Shown piece after piece: positions 7,208-16,690 of a DNA stretch of 16,690 nucleotides (position 1 is its first letter; each line of letters starts with the position of its first letter). This stretch comes from an uncultured Acidobacteriota bacterium (lineage in GTDB: Bacteria; Acidobacteriota; Thermoanaerobaculia; Multivoradales; JAHEKO01): positions 1 through 16,690 of the forward strand of contig CAVQNG010000016.1 of NCBI GenBank assembly GCA_963713825.1, in the 5' to 3' direction. Both the position numbers and the translations under genes were made by a program. A model generated the notes under the pieces. The model ran no database searches and had not been told where the DNA came from. It saw only the letters and a program-made list of their open reading frames with translations.

Positions 7208-9526
7208 ATGACACGGAGAGACTCGACACTCTACTTGTTCCCTAAGGCTCTACTTCTTCTGATCGGCGTGCTCCTGCTGAGCTCGCCGACTTTCGCTCAG
7301 GACCCGATACCGACTTCGGCCGATCCTTCCTCGGCCGAGCAGGAGACTCTCGATCTCGAAGTCACCGTCACAGGTGACAACTTCGGTAAGGACTCGGAGG
7401 TCAAGTTCCTGGTGACAGGCACCACGGAGGAAGGAGGCATCAGGGTCAAGAACGTCAAGTCGCTGGGTCCCCAGAAACTGAAGGTCACAGTCGATGTCGA
7501 TGCCGACGCCGTGGTCGATGACTTCGACATAGAGGTCATGAGCCGCGGCCGCACCGGTAAGGGAACGGAGCTCTTCCGCGTGCTGGAGAAGGAGCATCCG
7601 AACGAGGACACGACCCCGCCCGGAGCCGTGACCGTCGAGTATCTCGGAACGGAATACAACGAGGTCTCCTTGGGGTGGATCGCCCCGGCGGATGACGGCT
7701 ACGATCCCGCGAGTGGGCCAGCTAGTTACTACTCCATCAAGTGTCTGCCCGGTGAGATCGATATCGATGTCTCTAACTGGACTCAAGCAAGTGATTGCGG
7801 CGGATTCAATCTCTGGGGAGATCCTGGCTTGCCGGGGACAACCGAGACTGTAAGGACCTTCAAGAGCTATCCGGGGTTCGGGCCTGGTGCGACTTATTCA
7901 CTTGCGGTACGAACGGTGGATGACGACGAAAGTTGGAACTGGTCAGCTGTCTCCAATACCGTTACTTTCACGACGCAGGATTTCAGACCGGATCCGGATT
8001 GGGTAGGTCAGAGCATCCCGATACCGGTGAGCGGCGCTCTTGGCCATGCATTCGACCTGGCCGGCAATCCCGTAATTGCGGCGCTCTATCAGGATCAGAT
8101 CCGGATCCTCAATGGAAGTTGGAGCGAAGCCTCGAGGCAGTGGGTGTGGGACTTCGAAGATGTTCCCGGGTCTGCCGACAGCTTCGCGCTCGACCCCTTC
8201 GGCGTGCCGGCCTTCGCTTGGATGAAACGGCTGAATTCGAGCCGTGCCGAAGTGCTATTCACCTCTTTCGACGGTGCGAGCTGGTCGACCGAGTTCGTGG
8301 CTACAGCCGATGGAAGTCTCCCGGGTCCCGCCACGGTCGAGTTCGATCCCGACGGCAATCCGGCGATTGCCTATCACCACTGGAACAACACCTCGGATGG
8401 AGGAGTCAAGCTCGCCCGGAGAACCGAAGCTGGTCAATGGAGCGTCGAGGTTGTTGACGCCATTGAAGGCGGCAGAATGCTCGATCTGGCCGATCTAGCG
8501 TTCGACGACCTCGGGAACCCGGCGGTCTCCTACTACGTCGAGTTGGGAGAAGGTGTGTCTCATCTCCGCTTTGCCATCCTGTTGGCGGGATCCTGGCAAT
8601 TCGAGGACTTCGAGACAATGGTGGAAATGGACGTAGGGTGGGCCCTTCAATTGAGCTACGATGCAGTGCGTAGCGATTTTGTGGCTCTCCACACCCCCAG
8701 GTGGGGCTACCCGAATTTCTGCGTACGGGAAAGCGGGAATTGGCAGTGTGAACAGCCATTCGTGGGAGAGGCTCCCGACTTTGGTTTCTTCGACGGCGTT
8801 TCCTTCATCGTTCCACGTTGGCTCGCCAACAACGCCTACGGAGATACCTTCATCCCATACGGGTTCGGTGGAAGTGTCAGACTCGCCCGTGGCTCCGAGG
8901 GTGCGGTCTGGACTCATGAGTTCATCGACTATTACATGTTGTGGCCCGAGTTCGAGCAGGGTGGCCTCAACCCGATTGGGCCGTTCGTGGCCCTCGATCT
9001 TACGGGCGAGCCTTCACTCTTGTGGGTCTGGAGGCGGGACGACTGGCAGCCTGGTGACTTGGTCCTGCATTTCGCATGGAAGGACCCGACACCGATCCTC
9101 TGCGGAGACGGGACCTGTAATGGCACGGAGGATGCTTGCAACTGTCCAGAGGACTGCGGTACGCCGGTCTCGACAGAGTTGGGCCTGTGTGCGGACTTCA
9201 GCGACAACGACTGCGACTCGGTCGTCGACTGCGACGACTCCGACTGCAATCTCGATCCAGCTTGTCCCTACTGCGGTAATACCTACTGCGATGCGACGGA
9301 GAGCTCATGCAGTTGTCCGGCGGACTGCGGATCGCCGCCAAACACGGAGCTCGCCTGTGGCGATGGTCTGGACGACGACTGCGACACCTGGGTCGACTGC
9401 GACGATCCCGACTGCGAGGAAGATGAAGCTTGCCTCGCGGGGGGAGGGTTGCCGGGAGATCCCTGCGCCAGCGGTGCCGATTGCCTCTCCGGCCTCTGCC
9501 ACCCGGTGAAGCACACCTGCAAGTAG
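7208..9526 (+). CDS. Secreted multidomain protein: Ig/IPT-like, fibronectin type III, propeller-like repeats and a Cys-rich Ca-binding tail
   Basis: RBS AAGGAGG and signal peptide ending PTFA-Q. FN3 DTTPPGAV...WIAPADDG...YSLAVRTVD...SAVSN. Repeated (F/L)DxxGxPxIxY blades. A 24-Cys C-terminus. Confidence 0.85.
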   Translation: MTRRDSTLYLFPKALLLLIGVLLLSSPTFAQDPIPTSADPSSAEQETLDLEVTVTGDNFGKDSEVKFLVTGTTEEGGIRVKNVKSLGPQKLKVTVDVDADAVVDDFDIEVMSRGRTGKGTELFRVLEKEHPNEDTTPPGAVTVEYLGTEYNEVSLGWIAPADDGYDPASGPASYYSIKCLPGEIDIDVSNWTQASDCGGFNLWGDPGLPGTTETVRTFKSYPGFGPGATYSLAVRTVDDDESWNWSAVSNTVTFTTQDFRPDPDWVGQSIPIPVSGALGHAFDLAGNPVIAALYQDQIRILNGSWSEASRQWVWDFEDVPGSADSFALDPFGVPAFAWMKRLNSSRAEVLFTSFDGASWSTEFVATADGSLPGPATVEFDPDGNPAIAYHHWNNTSDGGVKLARRTEAGQWSVEVVDAIEGGRMLDLADLAFDDLGNPAVSYYVELGEGVSHLRFAILLAGSWQFEDFETMVEMDVGWALQLSYDAVRSDFVALHTPRWGYPNFCVRESGNWQCEQPFVGEAPDFGFFDGVSFIVPRWLANNAYGDTFIPYGFGGSVRLARGSEGAVWTHEFIDYYMLWPEFEQGGLNPIGPFVALDLTGEPSLLWVWRRDDWQPGDLVLHFAWKDPTPILCGDGTCNGTEDACNCPEDCGTPVSTELGLCADFSDNDCDSVVDCDDSDCNLDPACPYCGNTYCDATESSCSCPADCGSPPNTELACGDGLDDDCDTWVDCDDPDCEEDEACLAGGGLPGDPCASGADCLSGLCHPVKHTCK
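9101..9433 (+). repeat. Two tandem ~57-aa repeats with 10 Cys each
   Basis: CGDGTC...CNCPEDC...DNDCDSVVDCDDSDC...AC from 9101 and CGNTYC...CSCPADC...DDDCDTWVDCDDPDC...AC from 9272. Confidence 0.85.
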
Positions 9527-9550
9527 TCGCGCCGGGTCAGCGGTAGCCGA

Positions 9551-9575
9551 TGGGCCGGGCCTCGCGCCCGGCCTA
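9551..9575 (+). terminator. Stem-loop between convergent genes, identical in its core to the 2201-2222 hairpin
   Basis: TGGGCCGGGC-CTCGC-GCCCGGCCTA. There is no U-tract, so it may stabilise the 3' end rather than terminate. Confidence 0.6.
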
Positions 9576-9694
9576 GTCATATCCAGCCAAGATCGTCGGT
9601 GAGTGACCCTTTAGGATGACTGGTGGGGACGCTCATCTGAATACGCCATGAGGGTCGGATGGCATCCCTGCCCGCCAGCTGAAAAACTTAAGGG

Positions 9695-10726
9695 TTACCC
9701 GGGCGGACCGATGGCCAGCCACCCGCGGAACCGGGTTTCGAGAGCAGCGGTGTCGACCCCGAGGTGCTTCTCCAGGAGCTCGGGAGTGGCGGCGGCACCG
9801 TCGGCGAGCTCGCGGAGGAAGGCGCGAAAGCGGGGCCCGAGCTCGGTTTCGAGCAGGAGGTATCGGACGAGCAGCGTGCTCTGCTCGTAGTCGTAGGAAT
9901 TGGGAGAGCTGTCGAATTCCTCAGGGCCCAGGACGACCAGGCGATCAACGCTTTGCACGCCACCCGTCTCATAGCCGAGTCGTAGTCGTTTCGCCTGCCC
10001 TTCGACACCAACGAACTTCTGCAACGGCTGAATGCCCGCAGGGGTTGCGGTGTCGCCCAGCGCATCCGCCAGGCCTTCGGAGAGCCAGCGCGGTAGGTTG
10101 CCGCCGAGCGCGCGGCGGTTTACCAGGTGGGTGAGTTCGTGAACGAGAGTCTTGGCGAAGTCTTCGGGTCGGCTCGCGTCGGCCCAGATCGCCGTGTAGC
10201 CCCGGCTCGGGCTCGAATGGGCGGCATAGCCGGACGCATTCATTCCCTGCTGGCGCGCGAAGCTTTCGTAGTCGACACGCTCGGCGAACAGAAGGATGGT
10301 CTCGACTGGCTCGCCCAAGGGAGTCACTCCCAGGCGCTCCACGTAGGTGTCGTCGAGCTCGGCAGCCAAATGGTCGCAGCTCTCCAGCAAGAGAGGGTCG
10401 GTAGCATCACCGAGCCGAGGGTAGGCACCACAAGTGCCTTCACGGCCACCTCCATCGAGGTGAGCGTGCGCCTCTTCCAGCAGCTCGGCGGAGGCCGGAA
10501 CCCCGGGCCGCGGCTCCGGCCGCGACGAGACGACGGTGAATCCGGTCGAGGTCTCGGGATCGATGGTTCCGGACTGATGTCGGCTGACGGAGTTCGATGC
10601 GCCGTCTTGATGTGTAGCCTCCCCAGGTTCAGAAGGTTTCTCCGGTCGGCTCCTGGCAGTCCAGACCCAGAGCAGGGCGGCGAGCAAAAGCAGAACCAGC
10701 AGGAGTCGAACGAGGGGGCGAGTCAT
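9695..10726 (-). CDS. Membrane-anchored zinc metallopeptidase-like protein (DUF1570 / peptidase MA-like)
   Basis: N-terminal TM LLLVLLLLAALLWVW. Gluzincin-like TLVHELTH followed by LPRWLSEGLAD and the later YEQSTLLVRYLL motif. Confidence 0.82.
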   Translation of the reverse strand: MTRPLVRLLLVLLLLAALLWVWTARSRPEKPSEPGEATHQDGASNSVSRHQSGTIDPETSTGFTVVSSRPEPRPGVPASAELLEEAHAHLDGGGREGTCGAYPRLGDATDPLLLESCDHLAAELDDTYVERLGVTPLGEPVETILLFAERVDYESFARQQGMNASGYAAHSSPSRGYTAIWADASRPEDFAKTLVHELTHLVNRRALGGNLPRWLSEGLADALGDTATPAGIQPLQKFVGVEGQAKRLRLGYETGGVQSVDRLVVLGPEEFDSSPNSYDYEQSTLLVRYLLLETELGPRFRAFLRELADGAAATPELLEKHLGVDTAALETRFRGWLAIGPPG

Positions 10727-10841
10727 GGAGAAGGGTGAGAAGCCCTTGACTGGAGAGCGTCGGTCGATTGAAATAGGGCCCCCGATCGGCAGCAGTCCCC
10801 TGGGGATGCCTCGATCTCAAAGGAGAAAGGAGACTATCGTT

Positions 10842-12368
10842 TTGCGACACTGGAAGAAAGTCACGGGTTGGACCCTGCTCACGGCCTTCTTTGCAGTCGG
10901 CACCCTGTTGGCTCAGGATCCCGTCCGTCATTTGCAGTTCATGGTGGGGGAGAGGGCGACGATTCTCGATCAGGTCGAACGGCAGGGTTACTCCTACGTT
11001 CGAGGTACGAAAGAGGGCGGCAGCTCCTACACCTACTACGAGGATCAGCGCTCGGATCAGTGCATCGTTGCGCGGACCCTCGATGGCAGGGTCGCCTCCA
11101 TCGTCTACGCGCCGGAATTCGATTGCAGCAATCAGCAAGGTGGAGACAGCGGCTGGGGGAGTGGCAGCTCTTCGTACGGCGTGACCCTCTACCGTGACCT
11201 CAATTTCTCGGGTACGAGTCAGAGCTTCAGCGATGACGTCTCCGACCTGCGTGGTTCTTACGTCGGCAATGACACGGTGACCTCCGTACGAGTCAGCCGC
11301 GGCTGTCGGGCGCGGCTCTACGCCGACGCCAGCTACCGCGGGGCCTACCTCGAAGTCGATCGCGATATCTCCGATCTACGCGGCACGCGGGTCGGCAACG
11401 ACTCGGTCACCTCGGTGCAGGTGAGCTGTAACGGTGGCGGTGGTGGTTGGGGCGGTGGCAGTGGCAGCGCTGGTGGCAGCTCTTCGTACGGCGTGACCCT
11501 CTACCGGGACTTGAATTTCTCGGGAACCAGCCAGACCTTCACAGAAGACAGCTCCGATCTGCGCAGCTCCTATGTCGGCAACGATAACGCTACCTCGGTG
11601 CGCGTCAGTCGGGGCTGTCGGGCGAGGCTGTACGCCGATGCGAATTACCGTGGCGCCTACCTGGAGGTGGACCGTGACATCTCGGATCTGCGCGGCACCC
11701 GGGTCGGTAACGACACGGTGAGCTCGCTGCAGGTGCGCTGCGATGGGAGTAGCAGTGGCGGTGGCTGGGGTGGCGGTACTCCCAGCTACGGGGTGACGCT
11801 CTACAGGGACCTGAACTTCCAGGGAAGGGGCGAGAGTTTCAGCGAAGACGTTGCCGATCTGCGCGGCTCGTACGTCGGCAGCGATACGACGACGTCGGTA
11901 CGGGTTGGCCAGGGCTGTCGGGCCCGGCTGTATGCCGATGCCAACTACCGGGGCGCCTATCTCGAGGTGGACCGCGACATCTTGGATCTGCGGGGCACCC
12001 GCGTCGGTAACGATACGGTGAGCTCGCTGCAGGTGCGCTGCGAGGGAGGTGGTGGTGGATGGGTTGGGGGAAGCGAAAGTGGTTGGGGTGGCGGTAGCTC
12101 GAGCTACGGCGTGACGCTGTACCGCGACCTGAACTTCTCAGGCGCGAGCCAGACCTTCAGCGACGATGTCTCCGACCTTCGTGGCTCCTATGTCGGCAAC
12201 GACAACGCTACCTCCGCGCGGGTCAGCCGGGGCTGCCGCGCACGTCTCTATGCCGACGCCAACTACCGTGGTGCCTATCTCGAGGTGGACCGCGATGTCT
12301 CGGACCTGAGAAACACGCGGGTCGGCAACGATACGGTGACTTCGGTGCAGGTGCGCTGCGATCGCTGA
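10842..12368 (+). CDS. Secreted protein with a small two-Cys N-terminal domain and four beta-gamma-crystallin domains
   Basis: AAGGAG at 10827-10832 precedes an in-frame TTG at 10842, giving signal peptide MRHWKKVTGWTLLTAFFAVGTLLA-Q. Greek-key motifs LYRDLNFSG / LYADANYRG and Ca-binding NDxxTS/SS motifs. Gly-Trp-rich linkers. Confidence 0.9.
   Translation: MRHWKKVTGWTLLTAFFAVGTLLAQDPVRHLQFMVGERATILDQVERQGYSYVRGTKEGGSSYTYYEDQRSDQCIVARTLDGRVASIVYAPEFDCSNQQGGDSGWGSGSSSYGVTLYRDLNFSGTSQSFSDDVSDLRGSYVGNDTVTSVRVSRGCRARLYADASYRGAYLEVDRDISDLRGTRVGNDSVTSVQVSCNGGGGGWGGGSGSAGGSSSYGVTLYRDLNFSGTSQTFTEDSSDLRSSYVGNDNATSVRVSRGCRARLYADANYRGAYLEVDRDISDLRGTRVGNDTVSSLQVRCDGSSSGGGWGGGTPSYGVTLYRDLNFQGRGESFSEDVADLRGSYVGSDTTTSVRVGQGCRARLYADANYRGAYLEVDRDILDLRGTRVGNDTVSSLQVRCEGGGGGWVGGSESGWGGGSSSYGVTLYRDLNFSGASQTFSDDVSDLRGSYVGNDNATSARVSRGCRARLYADANYRGAYLEVDRDVSDLRNTRVGNDTVTSVQVRCDR
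11175..12359 (+). repeat. Four 255-bp (85-aa) beta-gamma-crystallin repeats
   Basis: Units at 11175-11429, 11487-11741, 11787-12041 and 12105-12359, each running YGVTLY...VxC. Confidence 0.92.
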
Positions 12369-12392
12369 CCTCCGGGGGTCACTCCGGATCGT

Positions 12393-12426
12393 GGCCCTCG
12401 GTCCCGCCGAGGGCCCTCTTATTTCT
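12393..12426 (+). terminator. Intrinsic terminator, preceded by a second hairpin at 12371-12388
   Basis: GGCCCTCGG-TCCCG-CCGAGGGCC followed by CTCTTATTTCT. Confidence 0.72.
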
Positions 12427-12483
12427 CCATGAAACGGGTTCCTCTCTGGTTCGGCTTGTGAGGTTGGCTAGAATTCCTCCTGC

Positions 12484-14185
12484 ATGCTGCGCTTTTTGCG
12501 CCTCACCGTCATCGCAGGGGCTACCGGCTCGTTTCTCTGTACTGGGACGCCGGCCGTCCAAGCTCAGACGCCTCGAGGTTCGAGGATCACAGTGCTGGCT
12601 CCGGTCTCGAGATCGTGACCTATTCAGGAAGCATCGAGAAGCCGCACATCCTGGAGTCGGACGGCAACGGCGTCCTGGTTCTGGACTATGACGGGGATGG
12701 ATACCAGGATCTCTGCTTCGTCGCCGCATTCAGGATTCCTCGAAACGAGGAGGCGATGGAGGAACGGAGTGCCCTCTACCGCAATCTCGGCAACGGCACC
12801 TTCGTCGAAGTGAGCGGCCAGGCCGGCGTCGGGGCTCGCGTCTACGGTCACGGTGGCTGCGTCGGGGACTACAACGCGGATGGGCTGCCCGACATCTATC
12901 TGACCGCCTACGGGGACAACATCCTCTATCGCAACAACGGCGACGGAACGTTTACCGACGTCACGGAAGAGACGGGAGTAGCGGAACCGGCGTGGAGCAT
13001 CGGAGCACATTCCTCGACGCCGATGGTGACGGCGACCAGGACCTCTATGTCGGCAACTACATCGTCGCTCCATGGGAAGAGATCCTGGCGGCTCGTCTAT
13101 GTGATGTTGGCGGGGAAAGGTTGAAGTCATGGATGGTCCTCATGGGGCTCGTCGAGGCGCCGAACACCTTCTACCTCAACCGGGGTGATGGCACTTTCGA
13201 GGACGCTACCGAGTCGTCGGGCCTGGCAGAGGGTCGGGCCGGGCTACACCATGGGTGTTGCCAGCTTCGATTACGACAACGATGGTGCCCCAGACATCTA
13301 TGTGGCCAACGACAGCACGGCCAACCGGCTTTACAAGAACCATGGGGACGGTACTTTCGAGGAAGTCGGCACCTGGACTGGGAGCTCCTACAACGCCGAT
13401 GGGCGGGTGCAGGGCAGTATGGGTGTGCACTATGGCGACTACGACGGTGACGGCTGGTTCGACATCGGGGTCACCAATTTCGCTCTCGACTACTACGCCC
13501 TGTACCGCAACCTGGAAGGTGAGCTGTTCCAGGACGAGTCTTTCAACTCCCAGCTCGCGGTAACCAGCTTCGCACCGCTGGGATGGGGTGTCCTGTTCTT
13601 CGACGCGGACAACGATCGGGATGTGGATTCTCACTCCGCTAACGGTGACGCCCCCCCGCAAGTGGATGAGGACGATTCCCTGGGCGAGACCTACCGCCAG
13701 CACAATCAGCAGCCGCCGCTGAAGAACGAGGCTGGAAGTAGTTTCACGATGTCAGTGGCGAGGCTGGCGGTGCGTTCGAGGTGAAGCGATTGAAGCACAG
13801 GGGAGCTGTCTTCTTCGATCTGGAGAACGATGGCGATTCTGGATCTCGCAGTGAGTAATCAGGACGGAGAAGCCCAACCTCTTCGTGAACAGCTCACCGC
13901 CCAACTCTTGGCTCCGGGTCGACCTGCGTCAAACCTCCGGGCAACCACCGTCCTCTGGGCTCGAGAGTCGAGGTGGAGATCCTGGGGTCGAAGCAGATCC
14001 GCGAAGCTACTTCCGGCGGTTCGTACGCTTCGGAGCTCGATCCTCGACTCCATTTCGGTTTGGGTTCGGCAACCAAGGTCGATCGGATGTCAGTCCGTTG
14101 GCCGGATGGGCGACGGTCTGCATTCGTGGATCTACCAGCAAATCGGCAGGTGGTGATCTGGCGGCCGGAGGGGCAGGTCGAGTGA
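12484..14185 (+). CDS. CRTAC1-family protein (FG-GAP/VCBS repeats plus ASPIC/UnbV C-terminus), with multiple frameshifts
   Basis: Signal peptide MLRFLRLTVIAGATGSFLCTGTPAVQA-Q from ATG 12484. LDYDGDGYQDL, GDYNADGLPDIY, LYRNNGDGTF, GSMGVHYGDYDGDGWFDI and SGGSYAS..DPRLHFGLG...VRWPDG are spread over several frames. Confidence 0.85.
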
Positions 14186-16279
14186 GCATCCTCCTCAGAA
14201 GGAAGCTGCTTGCGCTTTGTTCGGCTGTCCTGGTTTGGGCGCTGTCATCTGGTACGGCGCTGGCCCAGCCGCCTCAGACCGGATCCGGCCCTCCGGCCGG
14301 AAACCTCCAGAGCCGAATGCAGAAAGCTAGCAGTCCCTGCTTCAGATCGGGTGAGTGTCGAGGGCAGCAGAGGCTGAGCTTCAGGCGATTCTCGACAGTG
14401 GCTCCCAACCATGGTCCCGCCAACCTACATGCGTGGGACAGGTCCAGGCTGCGAGCGTGGGGATCTGGATGCCGCTCAGAAGCACCTGCGAGATCGCGAC
14501 GAGTTCGAACGTGCGGCGGCCCTACCTGGCCTGGTACCTTCTCGGTCGTACCCAGCTCGCGTCTGGGTCGAGCCCGAGGAGGCGTCGAGAGTCCTTCGGC
14601 AAGAGCTCTGGAGAACGCTCCGCAGTTCGGACCAGCACTGCTGGGTCGATGCGCAGGGCAGCGATCCGGCTCGAGCGACCTGGAGCAGGCTGCCTCGGAT
14701 CTGGATAAGGCCCGCAGCCTCGAAGGCTCGGCGGGTCCGGAAGCCGCTCTCCTGCATGGCAGAAGTACCTCGTAGCGCAGGGGCGGGAGGACGAAGCAAG
14801 CGGAGCTTCTCGGGCCACTGGCCAAGACAGCCTGCGGCCTCTGGCGAGAGTCTGGCAGCTCGAATGCTCCTGCTCAGTCTGGGTGGCGAAGAAGAATGGG
14901 CAACAGCTGCGTCGGTTGGTAGGGGAGAACCTGCTATCTCGCCAGGAGCTATCTGGCTCTTGGGACCTGGCTGAGATCGCGAGTCGGGGATACCGAGACG
15001 AGCAGCCAACGCCTCTTCGAATCGCTCTGGAGATCGACGACCAGGACCCGGTTCCGTGGCTACTCCTGCAATCGATATCTGACGATCCGAGCCTGACTTC
15101 ATATCCCGACTTCTTCCCCGACCTCGAAGGCAAGCTCGAAAGGGCCCGCAACCCCCAGGTGACGGGAGCATCGGTGGAGGCCGAGGCCGAGTCCATCCTG
15201 GGAGAGAGGCCGTTCCATGTGCCAGCGCGCTTGACTCTCGTTCTGGATGCCGAGGCGCGTGAGGATTCGTGGACGGCTCTCACCGGCTACCGCCAGCTAG
15301 TGGAGTGGCTGCCGGGGATCCCTTCCCTCCAAGCCAGAGCTGCCAGGGTGGCGCACACCATGGAAGCCGAAGATCTGGCCACGTGCCTTGCCCAGCGTGC
15401 GATGAGGTCGATGCCGGAAGAGGCTTCGCTCTACTATCTGCTGGCGGCCATCGAGTCCGAGGCTGGAGAGTGGGAGGCTTCATCGCAGTCTTGCCGGAAG
15501 GCGATCGAGCTTGGATTGGAGGAGGCACCGCTCTATCTGACCCTGGGACGGGTCGAGTTCGAACAGATGCACATCGGAGAGTCCATCGCCGCCTATGCCA
15601 AGGCCGTGGAGCTGGACGCCGATGCCGATCGAGCCGTTCCCCGGTTCGCGCTGGCGACGCTCTCCACCGAGGAGTTCGATGCTCTTCGCAGCCTGATGGC
15701 GGCCGAACTGGAGCGCGATCCGAATGGCGAGAACACGCTGTACACCCTCGGCCTGATGAGCCTGCGGGAGAACGAGCTCGAAGCGGCTGTGGAGTACTTC
15801 GAGAGACTCTCCGTCCTCTTACCTGACGACACCCAGGTGCAGCACCACTTGGGAACCGCGTACATGCGGGCAGGAGAGAAGGAGAATGGCAAGGCTGCTC
15901 TGGAGCGGTTCCGAGAGTTGAAGGCGGCCGAAGAGGAGGCCTGGGTCGAACACAATCAGGCCTACCGCAAGAAGCTCGAGGCTCAGGACGCCACGGCGGC
16001 AGGCGATCCGGCAGAGGCACTCAGGATCTACAACGAGCTGGCCTCCGTTGGGTTGGCGGAGCCGGACGACTATCTCGCCGCCGGGTCGCTCTATCTGCGA
16101 GACAGGGGACTATCGAACGAGCCTACGGTTGGTTCGAGCAGTTCCTCACTGCCAATCCCTACAGGCGAGAGGCCCTCGAAGGCCTGAGCGAGGCGGCCGA
16201 AGGGCTAGGCCGCACCGAGATTGCCAACCAGGCCCGCGCCCGCGCCGACCTCCTCGCCTGGCCCTGCTCAGTCGACTGA
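14182..16279 (+). CDS. Exported tetratricopeptide repeat protein, with multiple frameshifts
   Basis: GTG overlaps the upstream TGA (GTGA). Signal peptide MSILLRRKLLALCSAVLVWALSSGTALA-Q. TPRs in 14883-16187 (LYLTLGRVEF..., VQHHLGTAYMRAG...). The last frame EALEGLSEAAEGLGRTEIA... stops at 16279. Confidence 0.72.
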
Positions 16280-16690
16280 CGCGGATGGGTTGGAGGCTCG
16301 TCCGGGTGGCCACGAAAGCGTCCTGGGGCTTGAGACCTGGGTCCTGGGCGACTCTCTGCTCATCGTTGGATGTACTGGGCCACGCACGAGGCTCTCCCCC
16401 GTCGTCCTGGGCCTCCGGCTGGAGACCTCGTACGCGGCCTTGCACCTTTGTACTCCTAAGCCCTTAAGCCACTATGCCCTCAATGGTGCCCGAGGTTCGT
16501 TCGGGTGGTTCGTCAGGGGGTGCCACGTCGAGCGCAGCGCTAGGACCATCGCAGAGCACACACGATCCGGCGCGATGACGTGACAAGGTGGCGGCCCGTC
16601 CGTTGCAGTCTGAGTAGCCGACGCCGTCCCCTAGGCGAGCCACCTGGACGGACCTCCAGACGACTCACTTGCGGTAATAGGTTCAAGGTC

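Noticed and set aside
4521-7229. Long antisense ORFs (566 aa and 297 aa) and other overlapping ORFs
   Set aside because: They are shadows of GC-rich coding sequence with no recognisable motifs.
9580-9700. Possible attC site or structured ncRNA (GACCCT...AGGGTC pairing) between convergent genes
   Set aside because: There is no proper RYYYAAC/GTTRRRY pair and no integrase. The pairing is imperfect and could arise by chance.
10746-10817. Sigma-70 promoter TTGACT-N17-TGAAAT and a GATCG...CGATC leader hairpin
   Set aside because: The -10 lacks the conserved A at position 2 and the hairpin matches no RNA family I recognise. Too weak to call.
10725-10841. ORF-track start of the crystallin gene at 10725
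   Set aside because: It overlaps the divergent gene's start and buries the signal peptide. TTG 10842 has a good RBS.
11175-12359. CRISPR-like or DGR-like repeats
   Set aside because: These are in-frame protein domain repeats with mostly synonymous differences. There is no adenine-specific pattern and no reverse transcriptase.
16280-16690. Possible minus-strand gene fragment and three TCCTGGG repeats
   Set aside because: There is no recognisable protein motif, the spacing is irregular, and the region is error-rich.

Overview
GC-rich bacterial DNA; the gene content suggests Acidobacteriota, possibly Thermoanaerobaculia-like (inference). The left 9.6 kb looks like one signalling locus. Its core is three genes: an unusually long ECF-type sigma-70 factor (2508-3383), a membrane-anchored zinc-binding (zf-HC2) anti-sigma factor (3417-4133), and a signal-peptide-bearing TPR-CHAT caspase-like protease (4161-7109). 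Two large secreted multidomain proteins flank the core (258-2172, frameshifted; 7208-9526). Non-coding signals link these genes: two c-di-GMP-I (GEMM) riboswitches (before the first secreted gene and before the sigma gene), a GAAR-N12/13-GTGTCCGTG ECF-promoter-like motif found three times, and an identical 22-nt hairpin after both secreted genes. The right part holds a membrane-anchored HExxH peptidase (DUF1570-like, minus strand), a secreted protein with four beta-gamma-crystallin domains, and a CRTAC1/ASPIC-UnbV plus TPR gene pair broken by many frameshifts that are most likely long-read errors. I saw no CRISPR array, tRNA, rRNA or mobile element.
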